Below are positions 8,704 to 16,494 of a DNA stretch of 27,452 bases, piece after piece; the stretch's first letter is position 1; every line of letters begins with the position of its first letter. The stretch covers positions 1 through 27,452 of the forward strand of contig JBHLON010000041.1 in NCBI GenBank assembly GCA_048940445.1. Reading direction: 5' to 3'. Position numbers and translations under genes: made by a program. The notes below the pieces were generated by a model. That model ran no database searches, was not told where the DNA came from, and saw only the letters and a program-made list of their open reading frames with translations. Source of the stretch: Promethearchaeota archaeon. GTDB taxonomy: Archaea; Asgardarchaeota; Lokiarchaeia; Sigyniarchaeales; SOKP01.

Positions 8704-9279
8704 ATGACAAAAAAATTCAAAGGTACATTATTTTTAGTAGTCGGTAATTCTGGTTCGGGCAAGGATTCAATAATTCAAGGAGCTCTTGAAAGATATCCAA
8801 GCCAACGAAATAAATTATATGCCCCAAAAAGATATATCACACGCCCTCCTTCAGAAACAGAAGATAACATTTCTGTTTCTCCTGAGGAGTTTAAAACTTT
8901 ATCCCAACAGGGAAAATTTGCTTTAGAATGGCATATTTATGGACTAGATTATGGCGTTCCTATTGAAATTGATGAATTATTAAAAAAGGGTCATTCCGTA
9001 GCCATAAATGTAAGCAGAGAGATAGTACCAAGCGCAAGAGAGATTTATAAAAATATTAAAGTTATATTTATAGAAGTGCCACTTGAAATTACTTTAGAGC
9101 GGTTAAAAGGACGTGCTAGAGAGACAGGGAAACGATTGAATGAAAGGATAGAAAGAGCAAGGAATAATCAACATTATCACGAAGCAGATAGTATCATAAA
9201 TAATACTGGTAAGCTTAATGATGCTATTGATAAATTTCTAAATTATATAATTAAAGTCTCAGAAAGCAAAAATAAATAA
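8704..9279 (+). CDS. phnN: Ribose 1,5-bisphosphate phosphokinase PhnN-like kinase (guanylate kinase fold)
   Basis: VVGNSGSGKDS P-loop, RYITRP, FALEWHIYGLDYG, NVSR, RL..RARE....I.R. Confidence 0.8.
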   Translation: MTKKFKGTLFLVVGNSGSGKDSIIQGALERYPSQRNKLYAPKRYITRPPSETEDNISVSPEEFKTLSQQGKFALEWHIYGLDYGVPIEIDELLKKGHSVAINVSREIVPSAREIYKNIKVIFIEVPLEITLERLKGRARETGKRLNERIERARNNQHYHEADSIINNTGKLNDAIDKFLNYIIKVSESKNK

Positions 9280-9285
9280 AATTTT

Positions 9286-9293
9286 TTTATATA
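9286..9293 (+). promoter_or_regulatory. TATA box of the tRNA-His gene
   Basis: TTTATATA ends 25 nt before G-1 (9319), the canonical archaeal spacing. Confidence 0.65.
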
Positions 9294-9341
9294 GTCATAT
9301 TATTAGTAAATAAAATATGGCCCGGTTCGTATAGTGGTTAG

Positions 9342-9372
9342 GATGCTAAGGTTCCAGAACCTATGTAACCAA
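9342..9372 (+). other. tRNA intron 1 (31 nt, position 22/23)
   Basis: BHB with central helix GGTT/AACC and bulges AG^G and AA^T; internal hairpin AGGTT-CCAG-AACCT. Confidence 0.82.
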
Positions 9373-9407
9373 TATTGGGGACTGTGAATCCCTAGAGACG
9401 GGTTCAA

Positions 9408-9436
9408 ACAAGAAAAGTTATGTTTTTTTGGAACAA
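9408..9436 (+). other. tRNA intron 2 (29 nt, position 58/59)
   Basis: BHB with central helix GTTC/GAAC and bulges AA^A and AA^T; inner helix CAAGAAAA/TTTTTTTG closed by loop GTTATG. Confidence 0.85.
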
Positions 9437-9547
9437 TTCCCGTACCGGGCCCTTCTTTCCTTTTTCTAGTCCATTATTGGTTTTTATTCTAAAAATGGAA
9501 ATTTAATATCCTTTTGATGATTTTCATATTCAATTTAAGATGATATT

Positions 9548-10012
9548 ATGAATATTATGACTAAGTTAGATTCCGAGAAAGTTAGAGACATTCCAGGTTG
9601 GGGAAAAGATGCACCGATTCATATTTGTATGGGTGCCGACTATCGAGGATTAACTTTTTGTTGCAAACCAGGATATTCATTAACATTTGGATTCAAGTGT
9701 AAAAGAGACAAGATTCTTCGAGAGATTGGGATGTCACCGCAAGAATTTATTCGGATAAAAGAAGAATTTTCAATTGAAAATGGATGGAATTCTAATTTAG
9801 TTTGTTTTGGGTCCCTCTCTTATTGTTGCATGCGAAGAGGTGGTTGTGAAAGGAGGGATCCAGCTTTAGAACTAAGATATCCTGATAAAACTAAGGAAGA
9901 GAGAATGCAAATTTATTTTAAGAAGAAGAAAGAATTGGCTAGAAGACTTTTGAAAGCTGTATTAGATCCAAAAGGCAAGAAAAAAGTTAAACCTTATTTA
10001 TCTTATTGTTAA
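9548..10012 (+). CDS. Methanogenesis marker 9 domain-like Cys-rich protein
   Basis: W.DAP.HIC.G.D.RGL.FCC.P ... QEFIRIKEEF ... CFGSL.YCC....C..RD pattern, recognised from memory. Confidence 0.75.
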   Translation: MNIMTKLDSEKVRDIPGWGKDAPIHICMGADYRGLTFCCKPGYSLTFGFKCKRDKILREIGMSPQEFIRIKEEFSIENGWNSNLVCFGSLSYCCMRRGGCERRDPALELRYPDKTKEERMQIYFKKKKELARRLLKAVLDPKGKKKVKPYLSYC

Positions 10013-10033
10013 AAATTTAAATTTTTTAATAAA

Positions 10034-10990
10034 ATGATCATTTCAATAACTCATGAGCATGATTTGGATGGAATCGGTTCTCAAGCAATCTTAAAGAGGT
10101 TTTTTGACTTATTTGTTGATAATGAAACTTCTGAATTTAACCAATACTTTGCTCATTATTTAGATTTTGTTGAGAAAGTAAAAAAGATATCAAAATCAGA
10201 TTCTCTCCCCCATAAGTTAATTATTACAGATATTGGATTTAATGAAGATTTTCGAGAATTGTTCTTTATATTTGAGCAACTTAGAAAGAAAGGAACACAA
10301 ATTTATTGGTTTGATCACCATATAGTTACCAATCAAATTAAAGATAAGTTAAATAAAATAATTCATCTTTATTTAAATGATCCTTCGAAGTGTGCTGCTG
10401 AAATTGTTAAAGATTATTATTTACCTAATGATTCAGTTGCAAAAAAAATAGCTGATTTAGCTAGAGATTCTGACTTTAAAACCCGTAAATTCGAGTTTGC
10501 TGAAGATTTACAATTAATAATTGGATATAATCGAGGGGAAGATAATTATCAAGATAAGCTGAGATTAGTATCATTACTTTCTAAAGGAATTTTTCAGGAT
10601 CCATGGTTTAAGGCTCAATTAAATGATTTACAAACATGGCTTAAAGAAGAAACAACTTATGTATTAAATCACATTGATTTAATAAATTTTGAAAATTTTG
10701 GAAATATAGCTATATCCTTTGCAAAAATTAGTGGAGGAAAAATAACGGATATCATAAAGGGCAAATATCCTAACATGAAAGCTTACATAGGAATTGATAC
10801 CAGATTTAATGAGATTATTATTTCAAGTGAGTATATTAATTGTAGGGATTTTGCTATCAAATTTGGTGGAGGAGGCCATAAACCAAGAGCAGGGTTTAAA
10901 CATAAAGAAATTTTTTCAGAAAATGAAGTTATAAACCCAAAATTTATTTATGATATCAAAAAATCATTAAAAAAGATTTATAATGATTAA
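10034..10990 (+). CDS. DHH/DHHA1 family phosphoesterase
   Basis: THEHDLDG, IITDIG, WFDHH, KCAAE, FGGGGHKPRAG. Confidence 0.9.
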   Translation: MIISITHEHDLDGIGSQAILKRFFDLFVDNETSEFNQYFAHYLDFVEKVKKISKSDSLPHKLIITDIGFNEDFRELFFIFEQLRKKGTQIYWFDHHIVTNQIKDKLNKIIHLYLNDPSKCAAEIVKDYYLPNDSVAKKIADLARDSDFKTRKFEFAEDLQLIIGYNRGEDNYQDKLRLVSLLSKGIFQDPWFKAQLNDLQTWLKEETTYVLNHIDLINFENFGNIAISFAKISGGKITDIIKGKYPNMKAYIGIDTRFNEIIISSEYINCRDFAIKFGGGGHKPRAGFKHKEIFSENEVINPKFIYDIKKSLKKIYND

Positions 10991-10994
10991 ATCC

Positions 10995-11402
10995 TCATTT
11001 TGCTAAATTATGACCAATTACATTCCCCGATGCATCTGTTTTGTATGTACCTTTAGAAGAATCAAGAAGAATATATTTATTATCCCATGGATCTTTAACA
11101 ATCACGCATTTTCCAATTGGAATATCAAATGGCTCTGAGACTATTTTTCCACCGGAATCTTTAAAAAATTTAGCAGCAGTCATCACAGAATTTACTTTGA
11201 AATCAACTTCAAACTCACCTGGTTCTGTAAATATAACCAATTCAGCTTCACTCTCAGGAATCTTTAAACCAATACTTGTGCTCGTACGCCAAATTAATTC
11301 ATGACCAAGAGAATCTCTATAAAACTTTAAACCTAAATCTAAATCTGTAACAGGAACTCTTATACAGTCAACTTTTCTAATTAAGCTTGTATCTTTAGTC
11401 AT
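10995..11402 (-). CDS. VOC (glyoxalase/bleomycin-resistance) family protein
   Basis: VTDLD.GLKFYRDSLG, GGKIVSEPFDIPIG, VKDPWDN. Confidence 0.88.
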   Translation of the reverse strand: MTKDTSLIRKVDCIRVPVTDLDLGLKFYRDSLGHELIWRTSTSIGLKIPESEAELVIFTEPGEFEVDFKVNSVMTAAKFFKDSGGKIVSEPFDIPIGKCVIVKDPWDNKYILLDSSKGTYKTDASGNVIGHNLAK

Positions 11403-11749
11403 TTTCTTTTTTTAAATTATTGATTGAATATTATCTATATATAAATCTAAGTAATATTTAGCTATTTTATTTCAAACGTGAAATTGGCGTTTCACGAAAT
11501 TCTTATACAAAAAATTATAATCTATAAGTTTTTACTCCTTTGATAAATTTGTATGTTCTCTACACTGTGTAGAAAAAAGGTAAAATTCTATTTTAAAGTA
11601 GCAAAAATCTTAAATTATTTTAAAGAAATTGTGATATTGGTCTTAATTGTCAAACTTTCTATTGATTTTCCTCGTTAAATATAAATTCATTTTTGTCAAA
11701 TGAAAAAGCGCAAATTTTTTTAATTTCGAAAGTTACAATAAAAATTAAT

Positions 11750-11893
11750 ATGGATTTAGAGAAAGTTATTCGCCACGGAAATAGGGAAGATATGTATATT
11801 TATAAAGTCTTATCTCCTCAAGATAAGATAGATACCAACGACAAAAATATTCTTAAAAATATTCTTTTAAAGGAAGTTGGAAAAGAGGAATAA
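11750..11893 (+). CDS. Possible small protein or gene remnant (47 aa from ATG 11750; 66 aa from TTG 11693)
   Basis: Purine-rich, coding-like ORF in a 520-bp gap; no motif. Confidence 0.3.
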   Translation: MDLEKVIRHGNREDMYIYKVLSPQDKIDTNDKNILKNILLKEVGKEE

Positions 11894-11922
11894 GATTAAG
11901 TTTTGCAGTAGTAAATATTATA

Positions 11923-12585
11923 CTAATCAGAAATTTTTATATCGGTTTCTCTCTCATCAATCTTTTTTAATTTTATCTCAAGAATGCCATTCACATATCG
12001 TGCTTTGGCATAATCAGAATTAATTGCGGTAGGTAACTTTACTTCTTTAAAATACTTTCTGTTTGATTCCGGTCTAGTCGAAATAGTTAAAGAACGTGTA
12101 GTTGCTTTTAATTCTATATCATCTCTTGTGACTCCAGGCATCTCTGCAACAACAATGATTTGATTTGCATCCTGACTAACTTCTACTAAGGGCTCTCTTT
12201 CTTTCTTTACTTTTGTTTTTCCTGTGTAAGTTTCAGGCTTTAAAGTACCAAATGAGTCAATAACTGGCTTTCCATCTGGTCCAGAAGTGATATTAAAACC
12301 GTACATAATGGGACTCTTAATATATTTATGACGATTTTTCCAAATCTCTCTTGTTATTTCTTCTGGAGTCATGTCTTGCAAATTTTTCGGCAAATCTTTC
12401 ATAATCTGTTTAAAAACTTGCTTGAAAATCTGTTGAAATTGTTCTGCATTGAAGAATTTTCCCAGATCAAAATTTTTAAATAAATCTTCTGGGTTTCCAA
12501 ACTTTTTAAATAAATCATAAGGATCCTCATCTTCATCGTCTTCATCTTTATCATTTTCATCTTCCTTTCTTTTTTTTGGCGTCAT
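11923..12585 (-). CDS. hsp20: Archaeal small heat-shock protein Hsp20
   Basis: P.MYGFNIT.GPDGKP.I..FG, EREPLVEV, VVAEMPGV, A.YVNGILEI, C-terminal IxI (IKI). The AGGTGA covering the called GTG 12600 is more likely the SD for ATG 12585. Confidence 0.93.
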   Translation of the reverse strand: MTPKKRKEDENDKDEDDEDEDPYDLFKKFGNPEDLFKNFDLGKFFNAEQFQQIFKQVFKQIMKDLPKNLQDMTPEEITREIWKNRHKYIKSPIMYGFNITSGPDGKPVIDSFGTLKPETYTGKTKVKKEREPLVEVSQDANQIIVVAEMPGVTRDDIELKATTRSLTISTRPESNRKYFKEVKLPTAINSDYAKARYVNGILEIKLKKIDERETDIKISD

Positions 12586-12818
12586 AAATTCATTTCTCAC
12601 CTAAAAATTATTAATAATATGGTTAAATAAATTTTTAAATTTGAATTTTAATATAAAATACATAGAAGCTAAAAATATTACAGCTTATATTCTAGAAAAA
12701 ATTGTTTAGATTAATAAAATTATTCCAATTAAAAATTTTGTAATTTATTATTAAAATTATTAAATAAAGATAAGAGTGGATTAGTATTTATTCAGAATTA
12801 AGTGATGATGACAAGCAA

Positions 12819-14594
12819 ATGTATCTAGATGTATTAAGAGAGGCTCCTATCTTGCCATTTAGCAATTTTGTTTCACGAGGAGATATAGCCGACAAGGTTG
12901 ATATCAGCAGACCGAGAAGTCATATAGATAGAGAAGTTTATAGGTTAGTTCGTCAAACTTACAGAGATAGAAGCTCAAGACTCATCCCAATATTAGGTTC
13001 TGCAGGTACTGGTAAAACTCATGCATACCATTCATTCAAAGATAAAGAACGTGAAAATAGGAAAAAGTTAGAGCAAGCAACAGAGGAAGAGGAAGTAGAA
13101 ATAAGCCAATTGGAACCCGTGGACTGGAGCATAGCTTATGTGCCTAGTCCACCCGCAAGTATCAGGGTCCTATTACACGTATATACATGCTTGATCGAAG
13201 ATTTAGGTGCTGGAATCCTTGATATTGTCTCAGAAAAGTTAGTTAGAGAGAAATGGGGGGGTAAAAAAGGTGGTATCTTTCAAAAACCGAAAGTTGATGA
13301 GGTTATCCAAAAAGGAATAAGAGAATTTCCTGGAGTTTTCGCAGATTGTGTTAAAGCCTTAGTATTGTATCAACTTGACAAAAGCAAGAAAGCGCTAGCA
13401 GAGAGGTGGTTATTGGGTGAAGACTTGGAAGATGAAGAACTAACCGAACTAGGAATTAATAGCGTTGTTGAGGATGATGATGTGTGTTTGGCTATGATAA
13501 AAATTATTACTGAAAATTTAGATACCGTGCTTATTCTTTATTTTGATGAATTAGAATCTCCATATAGAATGTTGGGAGATTCTGCTGAGCAAAAATTCCT
13601 TGAAATATTGAAAAGATTATATAATGAGGTAAAAGGTTTAGTCATTATAGTGGCTGTACTAAAAGAGATTTGGCCTCGTATTTTAGAAATAGCAGATCAA
13701 CCTCTACGTTCACGAATGGAACCCGAACAAGATTTAAAGCCCTTTAGCCTAAATGATTTAAAAATATTTTATTCTAGAACTATGGAGGTTTTTTGGGATG
13801 ATAATAATTTGAATCCTCCGCTTTACCCTTTATTTCCCTTAAATGAAAAAATTATTGAGATGATCTATGAGAAGACTCAAGGAAATCCAAGAAATTCTAT
13901 AAAATTATGCAGGAGATTTATTGATAAATTAGTAATGGAAGAAATGAGTATAGAAGAATTAATGGAAGTTGGAGCTGAACTGGTTGCTTCTCCAAGGCCT
14001 CCTTCGATGGAAGAAGAAGAAATCATTGATTTTTCGAAACCACGAGATGTTATTAAGAAAACAATAGAAGACATATTAGCAGAAGAGGAATATGCGATAG
14101 ATGTCAATCCGTCTTCAGTAGCAGGAGCAGCATTAAAAAGTATTATTAAGATAGGTGAAGATAAGGGTAAGAAATTTCAAACTCAGATGGAATACAAGTT
14201 TATGTTGGGGAAACGAAGTCAAACATTAGCGGCTTTAGTTGAAGTTGGAGATAAAAAGTGGGGTCTCGAAATACCTTCAATAAAGACTTTCGATAGAAGC
14301 GCTGGAGTAGCAGGGTATTATGCCGCAAAGCGTCTAAAAGATGCCATTGATGTTGATGCGATTGATGCTGCAATTTTAATTGTTCCAACTGGAAGTGCTG
14401 GAGCGAAATTTGAATTAATTTTAGAAAATAACCCAAATATCCATAAGGTCGAGCTTGATAATAATACTGGAGAAGATTTAATTTCCAATGCGCTAACTTA
14501 TCCGAGTAAAGAAGGATGGAACATTGCAAAAATTTTATTTCCTGATATTGGAGAATATCAACCACTTGAAGAAGAAAAACCTACAGAAGAATAA
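12819..14594 (+). CDS. P-loop AAA-type ATPase (BrxD/DUF2791-like) with a C-terminal alpha/beta domain
   Basis: Walker A ILGSAGTGKT, RWLLGE, Walker B LILYFDELE, candidate Arg finger LRSRM, sensor-2-like GNPRNSI. Confidence 0.8.
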   Translation: MYLDVLREAPILPFSNFVSRGDIADKVDISRPRSHIDREVYRLVRQTYRDRSSRLIPILGSAGTGKTHAYHSFKDKERENRKKLEQATEEEEVEISQLEPVDWSIAYVPSPPASIRVLLHVYTCLIEDLGAGILDIVSEKLVREKWGGKKGGIFQKPKVDEVIQKGIREFPGVFADCVKALVLYQLDKSKKALAERWLLGEDLEDEELTELGINSVVEDDDVCLAMIKIITENLDTVLILYFDELESPYRMLGDSAEQKFLEILKRLYNEVKGLVIIVAVLKEIWPRILEIADQPLRSRMEPEQDLKPFSLNDLKIFYSRTMEVFWDDNNLNPPLYPLFPLNEKIIEMIYEKTQGNPRNSIKLCRRFIDKLVMEEMSIEELMEVGAELVASPRPPSMEEEEIIDFSKPRDVIKKTIEDILAEEEYAIDVNPSSVAGAALKSIIKIGEDKGKKFQTQMEYKFMLGKRSQTLAALVEVGDKKWGLEIPSIKTFDRSAGVAGYYAAKRLKDAIDVDAIDAAILIVPTGSAGAKFELILENNPNIHKVELDNNTGEDLISNALTYPSKEGWNIAKILFPDIGEYQPLEEEKPTEE

Positions 14595-14643
14595 AAAGTT
14601 ATACTGAAAAAGGTATTTTTCTCTACCTTATTTTACATATTTT

Positions 14644-15579
14644 TCAGTCTTTTGAAAAGTTCTCAAAGAAATCTTTAAATTTTTTATCTAGATTGAATAG
14701 TTCCTTAGCAAGCTGATCGGCTCTTTTAAAATCAATAGAAATTTTAGATAAAGCTTCAGATATATTTTGCTCTTCAAAAATATTTGAAATGTTAATCAAT
14801 TTGTTAACTGGTTTGAGTAGTTCATGATAGAGATGTAATTTATTCTGGTGCAATAATGTTATTAACTTTTCAACTTCTTTGAGAAGAAGATCACGTTCCT
14901 TAATTAACTCCGGAAAATTATCTATTTGCTCCGCCTTATTTTCCAAAAATGATTGAATTTCATTTTCTTGAATGGTTCCTGCTAATTCCGCTGCATTTAA
15001 AAAGCTTTTTTTTGCTTTTTTATACAATTTTTCTTTAAGTAGCTCCTCTGCATTTAAGATTTCTTCAGATAACTTTTCAGGTACTTCTTCACCAAGGGCA
15101 ATTAATTCTCTTGCTTCCTGCAGTTTGCCATCATCTATCATTTTCTTTGTTTTATCATTTATAGTATCTTTAATCAAGGTTGGCTCTTTAAGCTTTTCCA
15201 TTAAAGAAAAAATCGAATTCAGTTCCTTTTTCAATAAATTTTCCATCTGTGCTCTATCCTTAGAAAAGTTTTGGATTATTTCATCAGCAATTTGTTTAAT
15301 AATGCTTTTCATTGAGACCAAATCCTCTTCTTCCTTTAGAATAAAGCCGATATATAAATTTTCCTTTTGAATGGACTTTGCTTCAACCTTGCTAGAAAAA
15401 TACCTTAAATCATTTTTTCGTACAGAAGCATTTAAAAATTCTTTATCTACATGATTCTCTATAAATTCTTTTAAGATCTCTGGGGTAATTTTACTTGTTT
15501 GGGATAAATAATATTCTGCTAGAATATTAGGCCCAAAAGATTCATCTATTTCATAGAGAAGAATTCCTACTGGTGACAT
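14644..15579 (-). CDS. Longin/uDENN-like N-terminal domain plus helical (TPR/coiled-coil-like) C-terminal region
   Basis: GILLYEIDESFGPNILAEY beta-hairpin, later strand LYIGFILKEEED then helix; helical C-terminal half; AAGGTG SD. Confidence 0.6.
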   Translation of the reverse strand: MSPVGILLYEIDESFGPNILAEYYLSQTSKITPEILKEFIENHVDKEFLNASVRKNDLRYFSSKVEAKSIQKENLYIGFILKEEEDLVSMKSIIKQIADEIIQNFSKDRAQMENLLKKELNSIFSLMEKLKEPTLIKDTINDKTKKMIDDGKLQEARELIALGEEVPEKLSEEILNAEELLKEKLYKKAKKSFLNAAELAGTIQENEIQSFLENKAEQIDNFPELIKERDLLLKEVEKLITLLHQNKLHLYHELLKPVNKLINISNIFEEQNISEALSKISIDFKRADQLAKELFNLDKKFKDFFENFSKD

Positions 15580-15724
15580 TTTGGCACACCTTATTTTTCT
15601 TAATATATTTAATAGTTAAATAGCTTTTAACTTTAAAATTTTTTTCCTTCTTAATTAATAGATTAATTACATCTATTTTTTAGATTTTAAAAAAGTATTG
15701 GAGTATTAGGATTTTTAAAACTAG

Positions 15725-16408
15725 CTATTTTTTATATTTAAAAACTTCTTCTCCTTTCATAGTATTAATAGAAAGCCCTTTTTTATATCTAGCATATTTC
15801 TGATATTTCTCTTCAAACACATGATCTATTTCTTCTAAGGGTAAATCAGCGTAGACTCCTCTATCTTTTACATATTCACCAAAAAGATTACCCTCATTAT
15901 CATAAGGAGGAAAAACGGCATCGGATTCTCCATCAAATTCTACCATTGGAAGGAAGCCTCCTTTAATAGCAGTTGCCTTGTCGAAAGAGGGAGTTAGCTT
16001 TATCCATTTACCATTTAAGTAAAATTCACTATATCCATGGTAATACATAACATTATGGCCCATAAAGTCAATAACTCTTTGAGAGACTTTATGATTTATC
16101 AAATCGACGAGATGAATACGAGCAGGGATATCAATTGCTCTGGCAAATGAAGATAATAAAATAGATTTAGATACACAAAAACCATTTTTCCTCCGTAAAG
16201 TAACGCTTGCTTTGAAATTGGATTTTGAATTAGGCAAATAAGTTGCCATATTATATTTAATCTCATCCCGTACCCAATAAAATAAAGCTATCGCCTTTTC
16301 TTTTGCAGTATTTAATCCTTCAATAATTTCTTTTAGTTGATTCTGTACGATTTTTTTGTCAAAATCGAAAAATTCTGTAGGTTGAAGATAAATTGAGAAA
16401 TCCTCCAT
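15725..16408 (-). CDS. Transglutaminase-like family protein
   Basis: YLQPTEFFD, LFYWVRDEIKY, GFCVSKS (Cys), GYSE preceded by His, WIKLTPSFD. Confidence 0.88.
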   Translation of the reverse strand: MEDFSIYLQPTEFFDFDKKIVQNQLKEIIEGLNTAKEKAIALFYWVRDEIKYNMATYLPNSKSNFKASVTLRRKNGFCVSKSILLSSFARAIDIPARIHLVDLINHKVSQRVIDFMGHNVMYYHGYSEFYLNGKWIKLTPSFDKATAIKGGFLPMVEFDGESDAVFPPYDNEGNLFGEYVKDRGVYADLPLEEIDHVFEEKYQKYARYKKGLSINTMKGEEVFKYKK

Positions 16409-16494
16409 GATAGAATAAAATTGAGATCGTTTTATAATGTTTTTATTATGTATTTAAAATTTTTAATTGAAGAGAAATCCTAATATCAATTATT

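Larger units (their letters stand above)
9319..9451 (+). tRNA. trnH: tRNA-His(GUG) with encoded G-1 and two non-canonical introns (exons 9319-9341, 9373-9407, 9437-9451)
   Basis: Acceptor GCCCGGT/ACCGGGC plus G-1:C73; D-stem GTAT/GTAT after splicing; anticodon arm GGGGA-CT-GTG-AA-TCCCT (GTG at 9384-9386); T-arm ACGGG-TTCAATT-CCCGT after splicing; CCA not encoded. Confidence 0.93.

Noticed and set aside
9343-9364. Hairpin AGGTT-CCAG-AACCT read as a Trp(CCA) anticodon arm, with an alternative D-stem GTAT/ATGC
   Set aside because: A 7-nt TTCCAGA loop leaves two stem mismatches. The GTG arm pairs fully, G-1:C73 indicates His, and the hairpin lies inside BHB-defined intron 1.
12666-12698. AAGCT-N11-AGCTT and TTCTAGAA between hsp20 and the ATPase as a heat-shock element or a copy of the 22767 palindrome
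   Set aside because: The spacing differs, the matches are short and only two HSE-like units are present, which is compatible with chance.
12819-14594. A complete BREX or other defence island
   Set aside because: No pglX, pglZ, brxC, helicase or methylase neighbours; the flanking genes look like housekeeping genes.
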